From the NCBI RefSeq assembly GCF_045055805.1, contig NZ_CP159330.1:1551547-1615546 (forward strand): DNA of 64,000 nucleotides. The letters are read 5' to 3'. The stretch is from Christiangramia sp. LLG6405-1 (GTDB lineage: Bacteria > Bacteroidota > Bacteroidia > Flavobacteriales > Flavobacteriaceae). This document shows, piece by piece, positions 49,579 to 58,971 of this stretch (its first letter is position 1; each line of letters begins with the position of its first letter). Under the pieces are notes generated by a model. It did no database searches. It worked only from the letters and a program-made list of their open reading frames with translations, and was not told where the DNA came from. The position numbers were made by a program, and so were the translations under genes.

Positions 49579-50001
49579 TTAATCTAAAAACTTTTCAATC
49601 CCATCCTTCAAAAAGCAGAAGGCTGAATATTTTATATTCCGCACCTCCTTCAGGTGCTTTTCAATCTTTTTACGTAAAACGATATGTGCATTAATAAAAG
49701 CATGGTCACACTGTATATCATCACATTCATTCATCTCATCCAGCCTGGGAAGAAATTTCTGACAGGTTTTCAAAATCCCGTGATTTACCTCTCTTAGATC
49801 CTGAAATTGATCGAAGAGATATTCAGCATCAACACGATTTACCTTTGTTCTTTTAATAAGTGAAGAATTAAAAATATCCAGGTAAAATTCAATTTCCTGA
49901 GTCACAAAATCCAGTTCTAGTTTCCATTGTCTAACCTCATTTTGAAGCCTGATCGTTTCTATCTCCTCTTCACTGTGATGTTCCTGAATGTTGCTTATCA
50001 T
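49579..50001 (-). CDS. Hypothetical protein
   Basis: 140 aa, acidic N-terminus, Cys/His cluster CDDIQCDH. No recognisable family. Confidence 0.35.
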   Translation of the reverse strand: MISNIQEHHSEEEIETIRLQNEVRQWKLELDFVTQEIEFYLDIFNSSLIKRTKVNRVDAEYLFDQFQDLREVNHGILKTCQKFLPRLDEMNECDDIQCDHAFINAHIVLRKKIEKHLKEVRNIKYSAFCFLKDGIEKFLD

Positions 50002-50413
50002 AGTTCATATTCATTAATCCTGATTCTATTTGTTTTACTTCCTGGATATGTATGTGACTTTCTCCAAGTGGAAATGTCCAGGAAATGTTGTCTCCCTTTG
50101 CGTATCCAAAAAGCGCAAGTCCCATGGGAGCCAGAACAGAGATCCTGTTCTTACGCAAATCACCTTTGTCTGGAGTCACGATCTGGTAGGTTCTTTCTAC
50201 TGAGTAGGCAGTTTTAATATTTACAAACGAATTCAGTCGAATCACATCTGCAGGCATCTTAGCATTGCTCAGCACCTTGGCACTTTTGAGTTCTTCATTC
50301 AACTTATGGATCGATGCTTTGTACGAGGTATCTTTGTAGTATTTGGCCAGCGACATGATTTGTTTTAGAAAATCATATTCCTTCTTCTCAATTATTAATT
50401 CTCCGTATTTCAT
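49970..50413 (-). CDS. GreA/GreB-family protein (Rnk-like, C-terminal FKBP-like domain)
   Basis: RISVLAPMGLALFGYAKGDNISWTFPLGE matches the GreA C-terminal domain. Confidence 0.55.
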   Translation of the reverse strand: MKYGELIIEKKEYDFLKQIMSLAKYYKDTSYKASIHKLNEELKSAKVLSNAKMPADVIRLNSFVNIKTAYSVERTYQIVTPDKGDLRKNRISVLAPMGLALFGYAKGDNISWTFPLGESHIHIQEVKQIESGLMNMNYDKQHSGTSQ

Positions 50414-50439
50414 TTCTTACTTATTTATTTGCAGACCTA

Positions 50440-51720
50440 TCAAGGAAAAATCCCTCTTTGTTTGTAGGCCGTTTCTACTCTGGAAATAGCCAGTATAAAT
50501 GCCGCTGTTCTCCAGTCCACCTCACGCTTATTTACTTCATTATGGATCTTATGAAAGTTTTCGGTTAATTTCTTCTGGATCTTGGCCATCACCTCATCCA
50601 GCTGCCATAACTCTCCGTTTCTATTCTGAAGCCATTCAAAATAACTTCCAATTACACCACCAGAGTTGCAGAAAATATCAGGAATGATCTTCACTCCATT
50701 TTGAAGCAGAATTTGTTCACCCTCTTTATCTGTAGGTCCGTTGGCTCCTTCAGCAACGATCGAAGCTTTAATTTTAAAGGCATTTTCAGCAGTGATCTGG
50801 TTCCCTAGAGCTGCAGGTATGACGATGTCGCAATCCAGTCCGAAGAATTCATCAGCATCTATTTCCGTAGCGCCATCGAATCCTTTTATAGATCCTTTTC
50901 TGGGTTCACAATGCTGAGCCAAAGCTTCAGTATCTATTCCATTTTCGCTGTATACTGTCGCGTGCGCATCCTGAACAGCTATTAGCTTTGCGCCATCCTG
51001 AGATAAAAAGTGGGATGCCCAGTAGCCTACATTTCCAAATCCCTGTACGATGAATCTTTTATCTTTTAGATCCTGCTGTTCGGTTTCCAGCAATAACTTA
51101 ATGGACAGATATACCCCAAACCCGGTTGCACGATCACGACCTTCCAGACCTCCTGCTCCTACGGGTTTGCCAGTTACCACATGCTGATTATGTGAACGTT
51201 CTGATGATGAGATGGTAGACATATAGGTGTCTACGATCCAGGCCATGGTCTGTGGATTGGTATTTACGTCTGGCGCAGGGATGTCATGTTCCGGTCCAAT
51301 GTTTTCGCCCAAAGCATAGGTGAATCTACGGGTAATGCGTTCCAGCTCAGAATCTGAATAATTTCGAGGATCTATCTGAATACCTCCTTTTGCACCACCA
51401 AATGGTAGTCCGGCGAGGGAAGTTTTCCAGGTCATCCACATCGCAAGTGCCTTGGCAGCATCAATATCTACCGTATCGTGGTAACGAAGTCCACCTTTGT
51501 AAGGTCCTAATGCATTATTATGTTGAACACGGTATCCGGTAAAAACCTCCACTTTGCCATTGTCCATTTTAACTGGAAAATGAACAATGATTTCATTATT
51601 GGTAATACCCAGGATCTTTCTGATATTTGGGTTCAAATCTATCATATCTGCCGTATTGTTGAACTGGTTCATTACGGTCTCGTACATAGATTGTTTAATC
51701 ACTTTTTTAGTGTTTATCAT
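50440..51720 (-). CDS. gdhA: Glu/Leu/Phe/Val-family glutamate dehydrogenase
   Basis: GGLRYHDTVDIDAAKALAMWMTWKTSLAGLPFGGAKGG is the catalytic Lys region. 426 aa. Confidence 0.9.
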   Translation of the reverse strand: MINTKKVIKQSMYETVMNQFNNTADMIDLNPNIRKILGITNNEIIVHFPVKMDNGKVEVFTGYRVQHNNALGPYKGGLRYHDTVDIDAAKALAMWMTWKTSLAGLPFGGAKGGIQIDPRNYSDSELERITRRFTYALGENIGPEHDIPAPDVNTNPQTMAWIVDTYMSTISSSERSHNQHVVTGKPVGAGGLEGRDRATGFGVYLSIKLLLETEQQDLKDKRFIVQGFGNVGYWASHFLSQDGAKLIAVQDAHATVYSENGIDTEALAQHCEPRKGSIKGFDGATEIDADEFFGLDCDIVIPAALGNQITAENAFKIKASIVAEGANGPTDKEGEQILLQNGVKIIPDIFCNSGGVIGSYFEWLQNRNGELWQLDEVMAKIQKKLTENFHKIHNEVNKREVDWRTAAFILAISRVETAYKQRGIFP

Positions 51721-51726
51721 TTTGTA

Positions 51727-51888
51727 TTATTGAAAGTGTTCACAATGAAATTTTCTGTCCTCTTTCCAGGTACAGGTTCTGCGATTGTCGCAGTTGAAGC
51801 ATAAGCCTTTGAGCATTTCCTGGGTGATACCTTCAGGATACTCCCTATCTGGAATAGTAGCTGTAGCTATTTCCTTAATCAAATTCAT
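51727..51888 (-). CDS. Small Cys-rich protein (53 aa; CxxC...C...C/H) immediately upstream of gdhA
   Basis: Unlisted ORF MNLIKEIATATIPDREYPEGITQEMLKGLCFNCDNRRTCTWKEDRKFHCEHFQ. Its stop lies 6 nt before the gdhA start. Confidence 0.35.
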   Translation of the reverse strand: MNLIKEIATATIPDREYPEGITQEMLKGLCFNCDNRRTCTWKEDRKFHCEHFQ

Positions 51889-52077
51889 TCGGTCATAGAT
51901 TTATTTTTTTCTATTTACAGAAAGTCAAAACCTATGCCTGTGCTAAGAATATTTCACGAAATAGAATTCATACTACTGAGAACCAGTAACTTAAATAATA
52001 AAAGAATATTTTTGACTCTATTTAAATCGAGGAGAAACGCCCCGGTTGGGAAGAAACGTACCGGTACTATTTGATCG

Positions 52078-53400
52078 TTAGTTTAGCTTTTTTCGAAGTG
52101 TTTTACGATCGATTTGGAGAATTTCGGCTGCTTTGGTTTTATTATTATCCACACTGGCCATTATTTTAAGAATATGTTCCATTTCCACTTCCTTCAAAGA
52201 TTTTGAAGTAGAATTATGGTCTGGGACCGGGCATTTGAGATGATCTGGAAGTTGTTCTAAATCGATACAGTCTTCGCTCATAATAATTGCTCTCTGAACC
52301 ACATTTTCCAGTTCACGTACATTTCCAGGCCAGTTATATCTTTCCAGTATTTCCAGGGCTTTTGGAGTGAACTCTATTCGTGGTCTGGCATATTCTGAAG
52401 CATATTTTCGAAGAAAATTCTTAGCGAGTAGCGCGATATCACTCTTATGGTCCCGAAGTGGAGGGGTTTCGATATTCACAACATTTAGCCTGTAATAGAG
52501 ATCTTCTCTAAAACTTCCTTTTTCAACCATCTGTAGGAGGTCACTATTTGTTGCAGCGACTATGCGGAGTTCTATTTTTTTAGCTTTCTGTTCTCCAATT
52601 CTCCGAACTTCTTTCTCCTGAAGTACTCTCAATAATCGTGTTTGAACAGTTAATGGAGCAGTGCCAATTTCATCCAGGAAGATTGTACCACCGGCAGCAG
52701 CCTGGAAAAAACCGGGTCGATCCTCATTGGCTCCTGTAAATGCTCCTTTCTTATAACCAAAAAGTTCGGCTTCCAGAAGTTCTCCCGGGATAGCTCCGCA
52801 GTTAACGGCAATAAAAGGGTTTGCAGCAAAGGAACCTTTATAGTGAATAGCTCGTGCAACAAGTTCTTTACCCGTCCCGCTTTCGCCCTGAATTAATACG
52901 GTGGCGCGGTTATTCTTAACCCGTTCTATAAGATCAATAAGTTGTTCGATCTTTTCTGAATTACCTACAATTCCGGCATAAGCGGTTGCTTTGTTAGTGG
53001 ACGGAATTGTAACTTCAGAATTCTGGGATTTTTTAGGAAGTGATTTTTCTACAGATTGTTTTAATTCTTCCGCAGTAAATGGCTTTACGATATAATCCAG
53101 TGCACCAGATCTCATGGCATTCAATGCGCCGTCCATGGAAGGGTATCCGGTGATGACCAGTTTCGGAACTTTTGGAAAATGTTCTTCTACATATTTTATG
53201 AGTTCCATTCCACCAATACCAGGCATTTGCAGATCGGTAATTAGAAGATCCACAGCATTGAACTTTAGAATATCGATCGCTTCCTTTACTGAAGCCGCCT
53301 TGTAAGAGTGAAAGTGTTGCTCGTGAAGTTGACGTTGTACTAATTCAAGCATGTCATAATCATCATCAACTATAAGAATATTAGCCTTTTTTAGCAGCAT
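52078..53400 (-). CDS. Sigma-54-dependent response regulator (NtrC family: REC + AAA+ + HTH)
   Basis: REC domain, then GESGTGKELVARAIH (Walker A) and GAFTGA (the sigma-54 contact motif), with a C-terminal Fis-type HTH. Confidence 0.9.
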   Translation of the reverse strand: MLLKKANILIVDDDYDMLELVQRQLHEQHFHSYKAASVKEAIDILKFNAVDLLITDLQMPGIGGMELIKYVEEHFPKVPKLVITGYPSMDGALNAMRSGALDYIVKPFTAEELKQSVEKSLPKKSQNSEVTIPSTNKATAYAGIVGNSEKIEQLIDLIERVKNNRATVLIQGESGTGKELVARAIHYKGSFAANPFIAVNCGAIPGELLEAELFGYKKGAFTGANEDRPGFFQAAAGGTIFLDEIGTAPLTVQTRLLRVLQEKEVRRIGEQKAKKIELRIVAATNSDLLQMVEKGSFREDLYYRLNVVNIETPPLRDHKSDIALLAKNFLRKYASEYARPRIEFTPKALEILERYNWPGNVRELENVVQRAIIMSEDCIDLEQLPDHLKCPVPDHNSTSKSLKEVEMEHILKIMASVDNNKTKAAEILQIDRKTLRKKLN

Positions 53401-53403
53401 AAC

Positions 53404-54501
53404 TTACATTTTTAGAGGTAGCTTAATTTGAAAAACAGTTCCTGTAGGTTTATTATCAAAATTAATGATTTCTCCTTGATGACTTTTAATAATTCCATGA
53501 ACCACACTAAGTCCTAACCCGGAACCTTCTCCTACAGGCTTTGTTGTGAAAAATGGTTCGTAGATCCTGGCATTTAGATCGGCTGGAATACCAGGACCCT
53601 GGTCTGCAATTTCCAGTATAAAGTGGGAAGCCGTGTTGGTCACTTGAATACAGATGAGGCTTTTTTTAGGGGAAGCGTAAATAGCATTTATAAGCAGGTT
53701 AAAAAGTACCTGGGTAAATTGAATCGTATCAATTTGAGCTTCCAGATCGGGATTGTCAATTTTAAATTTATGACTAACCTCTGCTTTGTAAAAATTTTGA
53801 GATAGTAATTTCAATGCCTGGTCAATGATTGGTTTGATCTGAACAAACTCCTGATGCTGAGGCATTTCACAAGCAAAGAACATTAATTTTTTTACAATTT
53901 CGCGAGAATAGATAGCTGCTTTAATGATTTTGCCTGTATCTTTTCCGGTTTGGCTTTCCAGAGTTTTCGATTTGATCAATTCAGCGAAACCCAGAATATT
54001 TCCAAGTGGCGTATTTAGTTCATGGGCAATCCCCGCAGTTATTTCTCCTAAAATTGAAAGTCGGTCATTTCGCTCTGCACTTCTTTTTAAAAGTTCTTCT
54101 TTTCTGGTGATTTCTCTGCGTTCAAAAAATTCACTAATCTCGATCGATATCTTGTTTAAAAGTTTTTGTTCCTCTTCCAGAAAGTATGCGTTCTTCAGCT
54201 TTGCAGTATCATAATAGACTTTTATCGAACCATTATTTTCATTGAAAAAAGTGATATGGCTTTCCTGGACAATAGAATTTTCTGGAATATCTGAAGTTGA
54301 AATCTGAAGCTCATCTACTTTTAACTCAACGATCGCATGGTCAGGATAAAACCAGGCTTTTTTGGTTATCTCACAAATTTCTTCCATCGTGTTTTCAACT
54401 GAATCTGAATGTTTACGAATCGCGGAGGAAACCTCGTAAAGGCAGGACAGTTCCTTGATACGTTCTTCGAGTTTTTTAGATAAGGAAATTTCTTTCGGCA
54501 T
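53404..54501 (-). CDS. Sensor histidine kinase (cytoplasmic, HisKA + HATPase_c)
   Basis: H-box HELNTPLGNILGFAEL, and N/G-box DQGPGIP...GSGLGL. Confidence 0.85.
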   Translation of the reverse strand: MPKEISLSKKLEERIKELSCLYEVSSAIRKHSDSVENTMEEICEITKKAWFYPDHAIVELKVDELQISTSDIPENSIVQESHITFFNENNGSIKVYYDTAKLKNAYFLEEEQKLLNKISIEISEFFERREITRKEELLKRSAERNDRLSILGEITAGIAHELNTPLGNILGFAELIKSKTLESQTGKDTGKIIKAAIYSREIVKKLMFFACEMPQHQEFVQIKPIIDQALKLLSQNFYKAEVSHKFKIDNPDLEAQIDTIQFTQVLFNLLINAIYASPKKSLICIQVTNTASHFILEIADQGPGIPADLNARIYEPFFTTKPVGEGSGLGLSVVHGIIKSHQGEIINFDNKPTGTVFQIKLPLKM

Positions 54502-55054
54502 TTATATAGGTTTTCGAACTGAATAATAAATAGCGAAATTTCGAAATTGCATTTTATTGACCGTTATTATTTTTTTTTCAGAATAATAGAATGTACTGCA
54601 GCTGTATATTATAAAGATCGAATTTCGGCTATAATTTAATTATTTTAATCGTAGGAGTAGTTGTATAGGGTCTGACCACCAAATTTTCCTAAAAGCGATA
54701 CATTTTTTCTTAAGTTTTAGATTGACAAATACTTCAAATTTTATTTCGAGCAAAATTTAGTGTAACCATTAGTTCAGTTTTTGGCATTTCTGTAATTCAT
54801 ATCTAAATATCCTCATGGGAAGCGTTAATATGCAAAAATAGCATCCTTTTAATTAGCTAAATACTTCAGAAAATTGATGTAAAACTCAGACTTATAACTT
54901 TAGAAATTTCAGAAGAAATTCATTGATACACTACCGAGCGCGGTGAGTGATTTATCAAAGGGTACGGGAAACCGTAAGGTTAGTTGAAAACATCTTCTTT
55001 ATTTTGAATTTCCTAGAAATTTATAAAAGTTAATTATCAACTAAATCCAAATTA

Positions 55055-55411
55055 ATGAAGAAATTATTACTTAGAATCTCATTTATTATGTGCATTACCG
55101 TTTTGTTCTCAAGTTGTGCAGCGGGTCTTACGGGCTACATGAATAATTCAGCAGCATTGAGTGCAAATAATTACACTTATGTAAAAAGAGATTTGCAAGG
55201 CATGTCCCAGGCCACTTACGTGCTGGGTATCGGAGGAATGAACAGAGAAGCCATTGTCGATGAGGCAAAACAACAAATGCTCGAAAATTTCACTTTACAG
55301 GATGGTCAGACTTTGGCGAATACTACTGTCAATTTTAAATATTCCAACTTCTTAGGGATTGTTGCCACAACGAAGTGTTATGTCACTGCAGATATTGTGG
55401 AATTTAAATAA
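55055..55411 (+). CDS. Lipoprotein (hypothetical)
   Basis: Signal peptide plus lipobox LFSSCAAG. 118 aa. Confidence 0.45.
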   Translation: MKKLLLRISFIMCITVLFSSCAAGLTGYMNNSAALSANNYTYVKRDLQGMSQATYVLGIGGMNREAIVDEAKQQMLENFTLQDGQTLANTTVNFKYSNFLGIVATTKCYVTADIVEFK

Positions 55412-55427
55412 AATAAATTCAATTTTT

Positions 55428-55464
55428 AAAACGGATTAAACTAAATATTTGATCCGTTTTTTTA
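55428..55464 (+). terminator. Possible intrinsic terminator (AAACGGAT...ATCCGTTT + T7)
   Basis: 8-bp stem with a 15-nt loop and a T-tract, 17 nt after the stop. Confidence 0.4.
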
Positions 55465-55475
55465 TACCTATTCAA

Positions 55476-55829
55476 ATGAGATGCAAAAATCTGATTGTAT
55501 ATAACCTAATAGTAGTCTTTTTGTTTTCAAGTTGTGCCAGCACTACATTGATTGATTCTTCTCCTTCAAATGCAAAAATTTATATCAACGGTGAAAATGT
55601 TGGAACTACACCTTATAAACATCGAGATACAAAGATAGTAGGTAGCACGAATCAAGTAAGAATTGAAAAACAAGGCTTTCAAACCTATAACACAACATTT
55701 TCAAAAAACGAAGAAATAGCAGTTGGTCCTTTAATTGGGGGATTGTTTGTCCTGGTTCCTTACTTATGGATAATGAAATACAAAAAAGCGAGGGTTTATG
55801 ATTTGAGACCTGTGAGTAAGCGGAAGTGA
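55476..55829 (+). CDS. PEGA-domain lipoprotein
   Basis: Lipobox LFSSCAS. AKIYINGENVGTTPY is a PEGA motif. Confidence 0.5.
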   Translation: MRCKNLIVYNLIVVFLFSSCASTTLIDSSPSNAKIYINGENVGTTPYKHRDTKIVGSTNQVRIEKQGFQTYNTTFSKNEEIAVGPLIGGLFVLVPYLWIMKYKKARVYDLRPVSKRK

Positions 55830-56272
55830 TACGGCGAGATAGCTTATGATAGAGAAACATGGAGAATCAAATTTCAGTAATAACAGTAGTTACTCATACA
55901 AGTTTGAACTGTTGAAAACAATATGTCGCTAGTGAATCAAGATATCATAGATCAGCAGACTCGATATAGTATCTCAATTTAGAATTAGTGTGCAAAAAAA
56001 ATCCTGCTTGAGTCAATTCGGTAGGATTTCTTTGATTCAAATCACAATGCAATTGTGAGTGATTGTCGAACTTGTTTTGTCTTAATTCTACTTAACCGCT
56101 ACATTTTTAAAAGCCTGGCCTGTTAGAAAACTTAAAATTTTATCATTTGATAATATACTAAGCAATATGTAATCCTATAACTTTAGATTGCCAACGGGTC
56201 TGTAAAAGATAATCCAAATCAAAAAATGATTCATTAGTATACTTTTCTTGTTATTTTCAGGAAAATTTAATT

Positions 56273-56845
56273 ATGAGAACTTTTTTTATTCTAATTTTCT
56301 GTGCATTTGGCTCGCTGGTTTACTCGCAAGACCATTGTAAAGTTAGAGCAGATATTTCATACACTAGTTCGGAAAAAGAGTATAAAATAGAACTTGACAG
56401 AAGGCAAAATGTCTCTAGTTTAATCTTATATAAGCTCTCTTCGGAAAGAAAAACTTATAGTGTTCGCGATAAAAAGAGAGTAGATGAATTACGTGGAAAG
56501 TGGAATACTGCTGAAGAGCATAGAGAACTCGAAGAAATAAGAAATAGATATAAAATTTTTGATAAGGATTCTATTTTAATCTCCAATAACAGTAAAACCT
56601 TCCAATATTCTGACTCCCTATTATTTCACTTTGAAAAAATTCTGGACGAAAAGAAAGATCAACCAGTATATACCGATGCTATGTATGTAGAGATCTATGA
56701 AAATGGACTTCAAAAGTATAAAGTCTATAATCCTCAGACAGATATTTATTCAACCGTTTATTACTTTATTCAATCGGCATTACAAGAATACTGGAAGAAA
56801 GTTTCAGAACCTATCTTAACAAAAGACTATACCTCTATTCATTAG
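56273..56845 (+). CDS. Hypothetical secreted protein
   Basis: 190 aa with a signal peptide (MRTFFILIFCAFGSLVYSQ). No recognisable family. Confidence 0.4.
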   Translation: MRTFFILIFCAFGSLVYSQDHCKVRADISYTSSEKEYKIELDRRQNVSSLILYKLSSERKTYSVRDKKRVDELRGKWNTAEEHRELEEIRNRYKIFDKDSILISNNSKTFQYSDSLLFHFEKILDEKKDQPVYTDAMYVEIYENGLQKYKVYNPQTDIYSTVYYFIQSALQEYWKKVSEPILTKDYTSIH

Positions 56846-56990
56846 TCACCTAAATTGTCACCTAAAAACAAAAGCCCTGTAATTATTGATGATTCGGGGC
56901 TATAGAGTGGAGTAGGAGTGGCTGGCTTCGCCTCAACCTTCTTCTCCCATCCGGTAAATGCATCTGGCTGTCCTTTCAGTCCAGGCGTTT

Positions 56991-57035
56991 TAAAACAAAA
57001 AGATCTGCTCAGGTAAGTACCTGGCAGATCTTTTA
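56991..57035 (-). terminator. Intrinsic terminator downstream of ssrA (AAGATCTGC-CAGGTACTTACCTG-AGCAGATCTT + TTTTTGTTTT on minus strand)
   Basis: Long perfect stem plus a U-tract, about 35 nt 3' of the tmRNA end. Confidence 0.6.
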
Positions 57036-57068
57036 AATTTTAATCCGCAGCCCGGCTGCGTTTAATTG

Positions 57069-57465
57069 TGGAGTCGGAGGGGTTCGAACCCTCGTCCAAA
57101 CAAGCAATTCAGATGCCTTCTACACGTTTAGTTTTCACTTGATTGTCGATGTAAAGCCGGCCGAAAACCACCAACTTTACACGTATTCTCGATTAAGTTT
57201 CAGAAACTCATCAAGACCCTGAGCTTCCTATATTTACTTTATCGGTGCCTCTGTTGTGGATGCCGTAAATCAAGGCCTCCACGAGACATCTCGGCTCCCT
57301 GCCTTGCAGGGACTAAGTATAACCTACTGTAATTCGGTTACGCAGCCAAGGCGTAGTTATTCTCGCCGTTTGAAAAAGTGTGAAACATGAGATTTAAGAG
57401 CTATATCCCGGCGCTCTACGTGCTTACAACTCAATTAGACTCGCTGTCAAAACCAAGTCGACCCC
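57069..57465 (-). ncRNA. ssrA: tmRNA (transfer-messenger RNA); tag reading frame ...GENNYALAA-stop
   Basis: On the minus strand the 5' end is GGGGTCGAC... and the 3' end is ...GGACGAGGGTTCGAACCCCTCCGACTCCA (T-arm GAGGG-TTCGAAC-CCCTC). The acceptor stem carries a G3:U wobble. An internal ORF GGC GAG AAT AAC TAC GCC TTG GCT GCG TAA encodes GENNYALAA. The CCA is not encoded. Confidence 0.85.
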
Positions 57466-57758
57466 ATAAAATAATGAACATTTTCCTAATAATCTTCTGG
57501 GCGTTCCTCTCCTCCCTTCGTCCCTTCGACAAGCTCAGGGCTCAGGGCCTCGCGGCGGGCTATTCGCTTCAATCTTTTTGCTCATAATTCACAAAAAGGA
57601 TTTCCGCTGCTATCCCTAACGCAACTACTATCTATTTCAAATAATAGTACTCAGAATTTCAAAGAATAACCGATCTCTAAAAGAGATCGAGCCTGCAAAG
57701 ATACTCATTTTAATTTATATCTTTGAGACACATCAAATTCTACAAAAGCTATACCATA

Positions 57759-58967
57759 ATGATAAAATTCGCCCTAATCAGGGAACGAAAAACTCCACCA
57801 GACAGGCGTGTGGTTTTTTCTCCTCAAATGCTTCAGGAAGCCCAGAAACAGTTTCCGCAGGCAGTATTTAAAGTCGAAAGTTCTGATATCAGGATATTTA
57901 GCGACCAGCAATACAGAGAGGCTGGTTTTGAGGTAAGCGATGATGTGACAGATTGTGATGTGCTAATAGGAGTAAAGGAAGTTCCAATTCCAGATCTGGT
58001 ACCTGACAAAAAGTACTTTTTCTTTTCTCATACGATCAAAAAACAGCCATATAATCGTGACTTGCTTCGTGAAGTTCTGGAAAGAAGAATCGAATTGTAT
58101 GATCATGAGGTCATCACCAATAAGAATAATGGCAGGTTGATAGGCTTTGGGCGTTACGCGGGTTTAGTAGGTGCCTACAATGGAATTCGAATGATTGGTA
58201 AAAAGGAGGATCTGTTTGATTTGCCCAAAGCAGAGGATCTTCCAGATCTCGATTCACTTTTGAAAGAACTAGATAAGATAGATCTGCCTAAGTACAAATT
58301 TGTACTAACCGGAAGTGGTAAAGTAGCGCACGGAGCTAGGGAAATTCTGGAACATTTAAAAATAAAACAGGTAGATCCAGAAACTTACCTGGTGCATGAG
58401 TTCGATGAACCGGTGTTTTGTCATATTGATGTGCTGGATTACGCCAAACGCAAGGATAAGGCTGAAGGCAGCCGAATGGAATTCTATAAAGTTCCGCAGA
58501 ATTATGATCCAGATTTTATGAAATTCGCGAAAACCAGTGATGTCTTTATTGCGGGTCATTTTTATGGAGAAGGTGCTCCAGTATTTTATTCCCAAGAAGA
58601 TATGCAGCATAAAGATTTCAGAATAAAATATGTGGCAGATATTTCATGTGATATTGCAGGACCAGTTGCAAGTACTATACGACCTTCCACGATAGCGGAA
58701 CCTTTTTATGGTGTTGACTTAAAAACAAATGTTGAGATAGATTTCAAAAGCAAAAATGCTCTAGCCGTAATGGCCGTAGATAACTTGCCATGTGAATTAC
58801 CCAAAGATGCCAGCGAAGGTTTTGGAGAGATGTTTCTTAAACACGTAATTACGGCATTTTTTAATGAGGATAAGGATACTATCCTTGGCAGATCGAAAAT
58901 GACCGAAAATGGAAAATTAACTGCTTTGTACTCTTATCTACAGGATTTTGTAGATGGAAAAGAATAA
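57759..58967 (+). CDS. Alanine dehydrogenase/PNT-domain oxidoreductase, probable saccharopine dehydrogenase (L-lysine-forming)-like
   Basis: N-terminal AlaDh_PNT_N-like region (KFALIRERKTPPDRRVVFSP...DVLIGVKEVPIPDL). About 400 aa. Confidence 0.45.
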   Translation: MIKFALIRERKTPPDRRVVFSPQMLQEAQKQFPQAVFKVESSDIRIFSDQQYREAGFEVSDDVTDCDVLIGVKEVPIPDLVPDKKYFFFSHTIKKQPYNRDLLREVLERRIELYDHEVITNKNNGRLIGFGRYAGLVGAYNGIRMIGKKEDLFDLPKAEDLPDLDSLLKELDKIDLPKYKFVLTGSGKVAHGAREILEHLKIKQVDPETYLVHEFDEPVFCHIDVLDYAKRKDKAEGSRMEFYKVPQNYDPDFMKFAKTSDVFIAGHFYGEGAPVFYSQEDMQHKDFRIKYVADISCDIAGPVASTIRPSTIAEPFYGVDLKTNVEIDFKSKNALAVMAVDNLPCELPKDASEGFGEMFLKHVITAFFNEDKDTILGRSKMTENGKLTALYSYLQDFVDGKE

Positions 58968-58971
58968 AACT

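Noticed and set aside
51889-52077. Sigma-54 -24/-12 promoter upstream of the small Cys ORF / gdhA
   Set aside because: No convincing TGGCAC-N5-TTGC match was found by eye on the minus strand. The call needs a scan with a position weight matrix.
56850-57068. Possible genomic island integrated at the 3' end of ssrA
   Set aside because: There is no integrase or recombinase, and no duplicated ssrA 3' segment (…GGTTCGAACCC…), among the downstream lipoprotein and hypothetical genes.
57387-57587. 66-aa + strand ORF
   Set aside because: It overlaps the 5' end of the minus-strand tmRNA gene and the GC-rich upstream stretch. The tmRNA explains the region.
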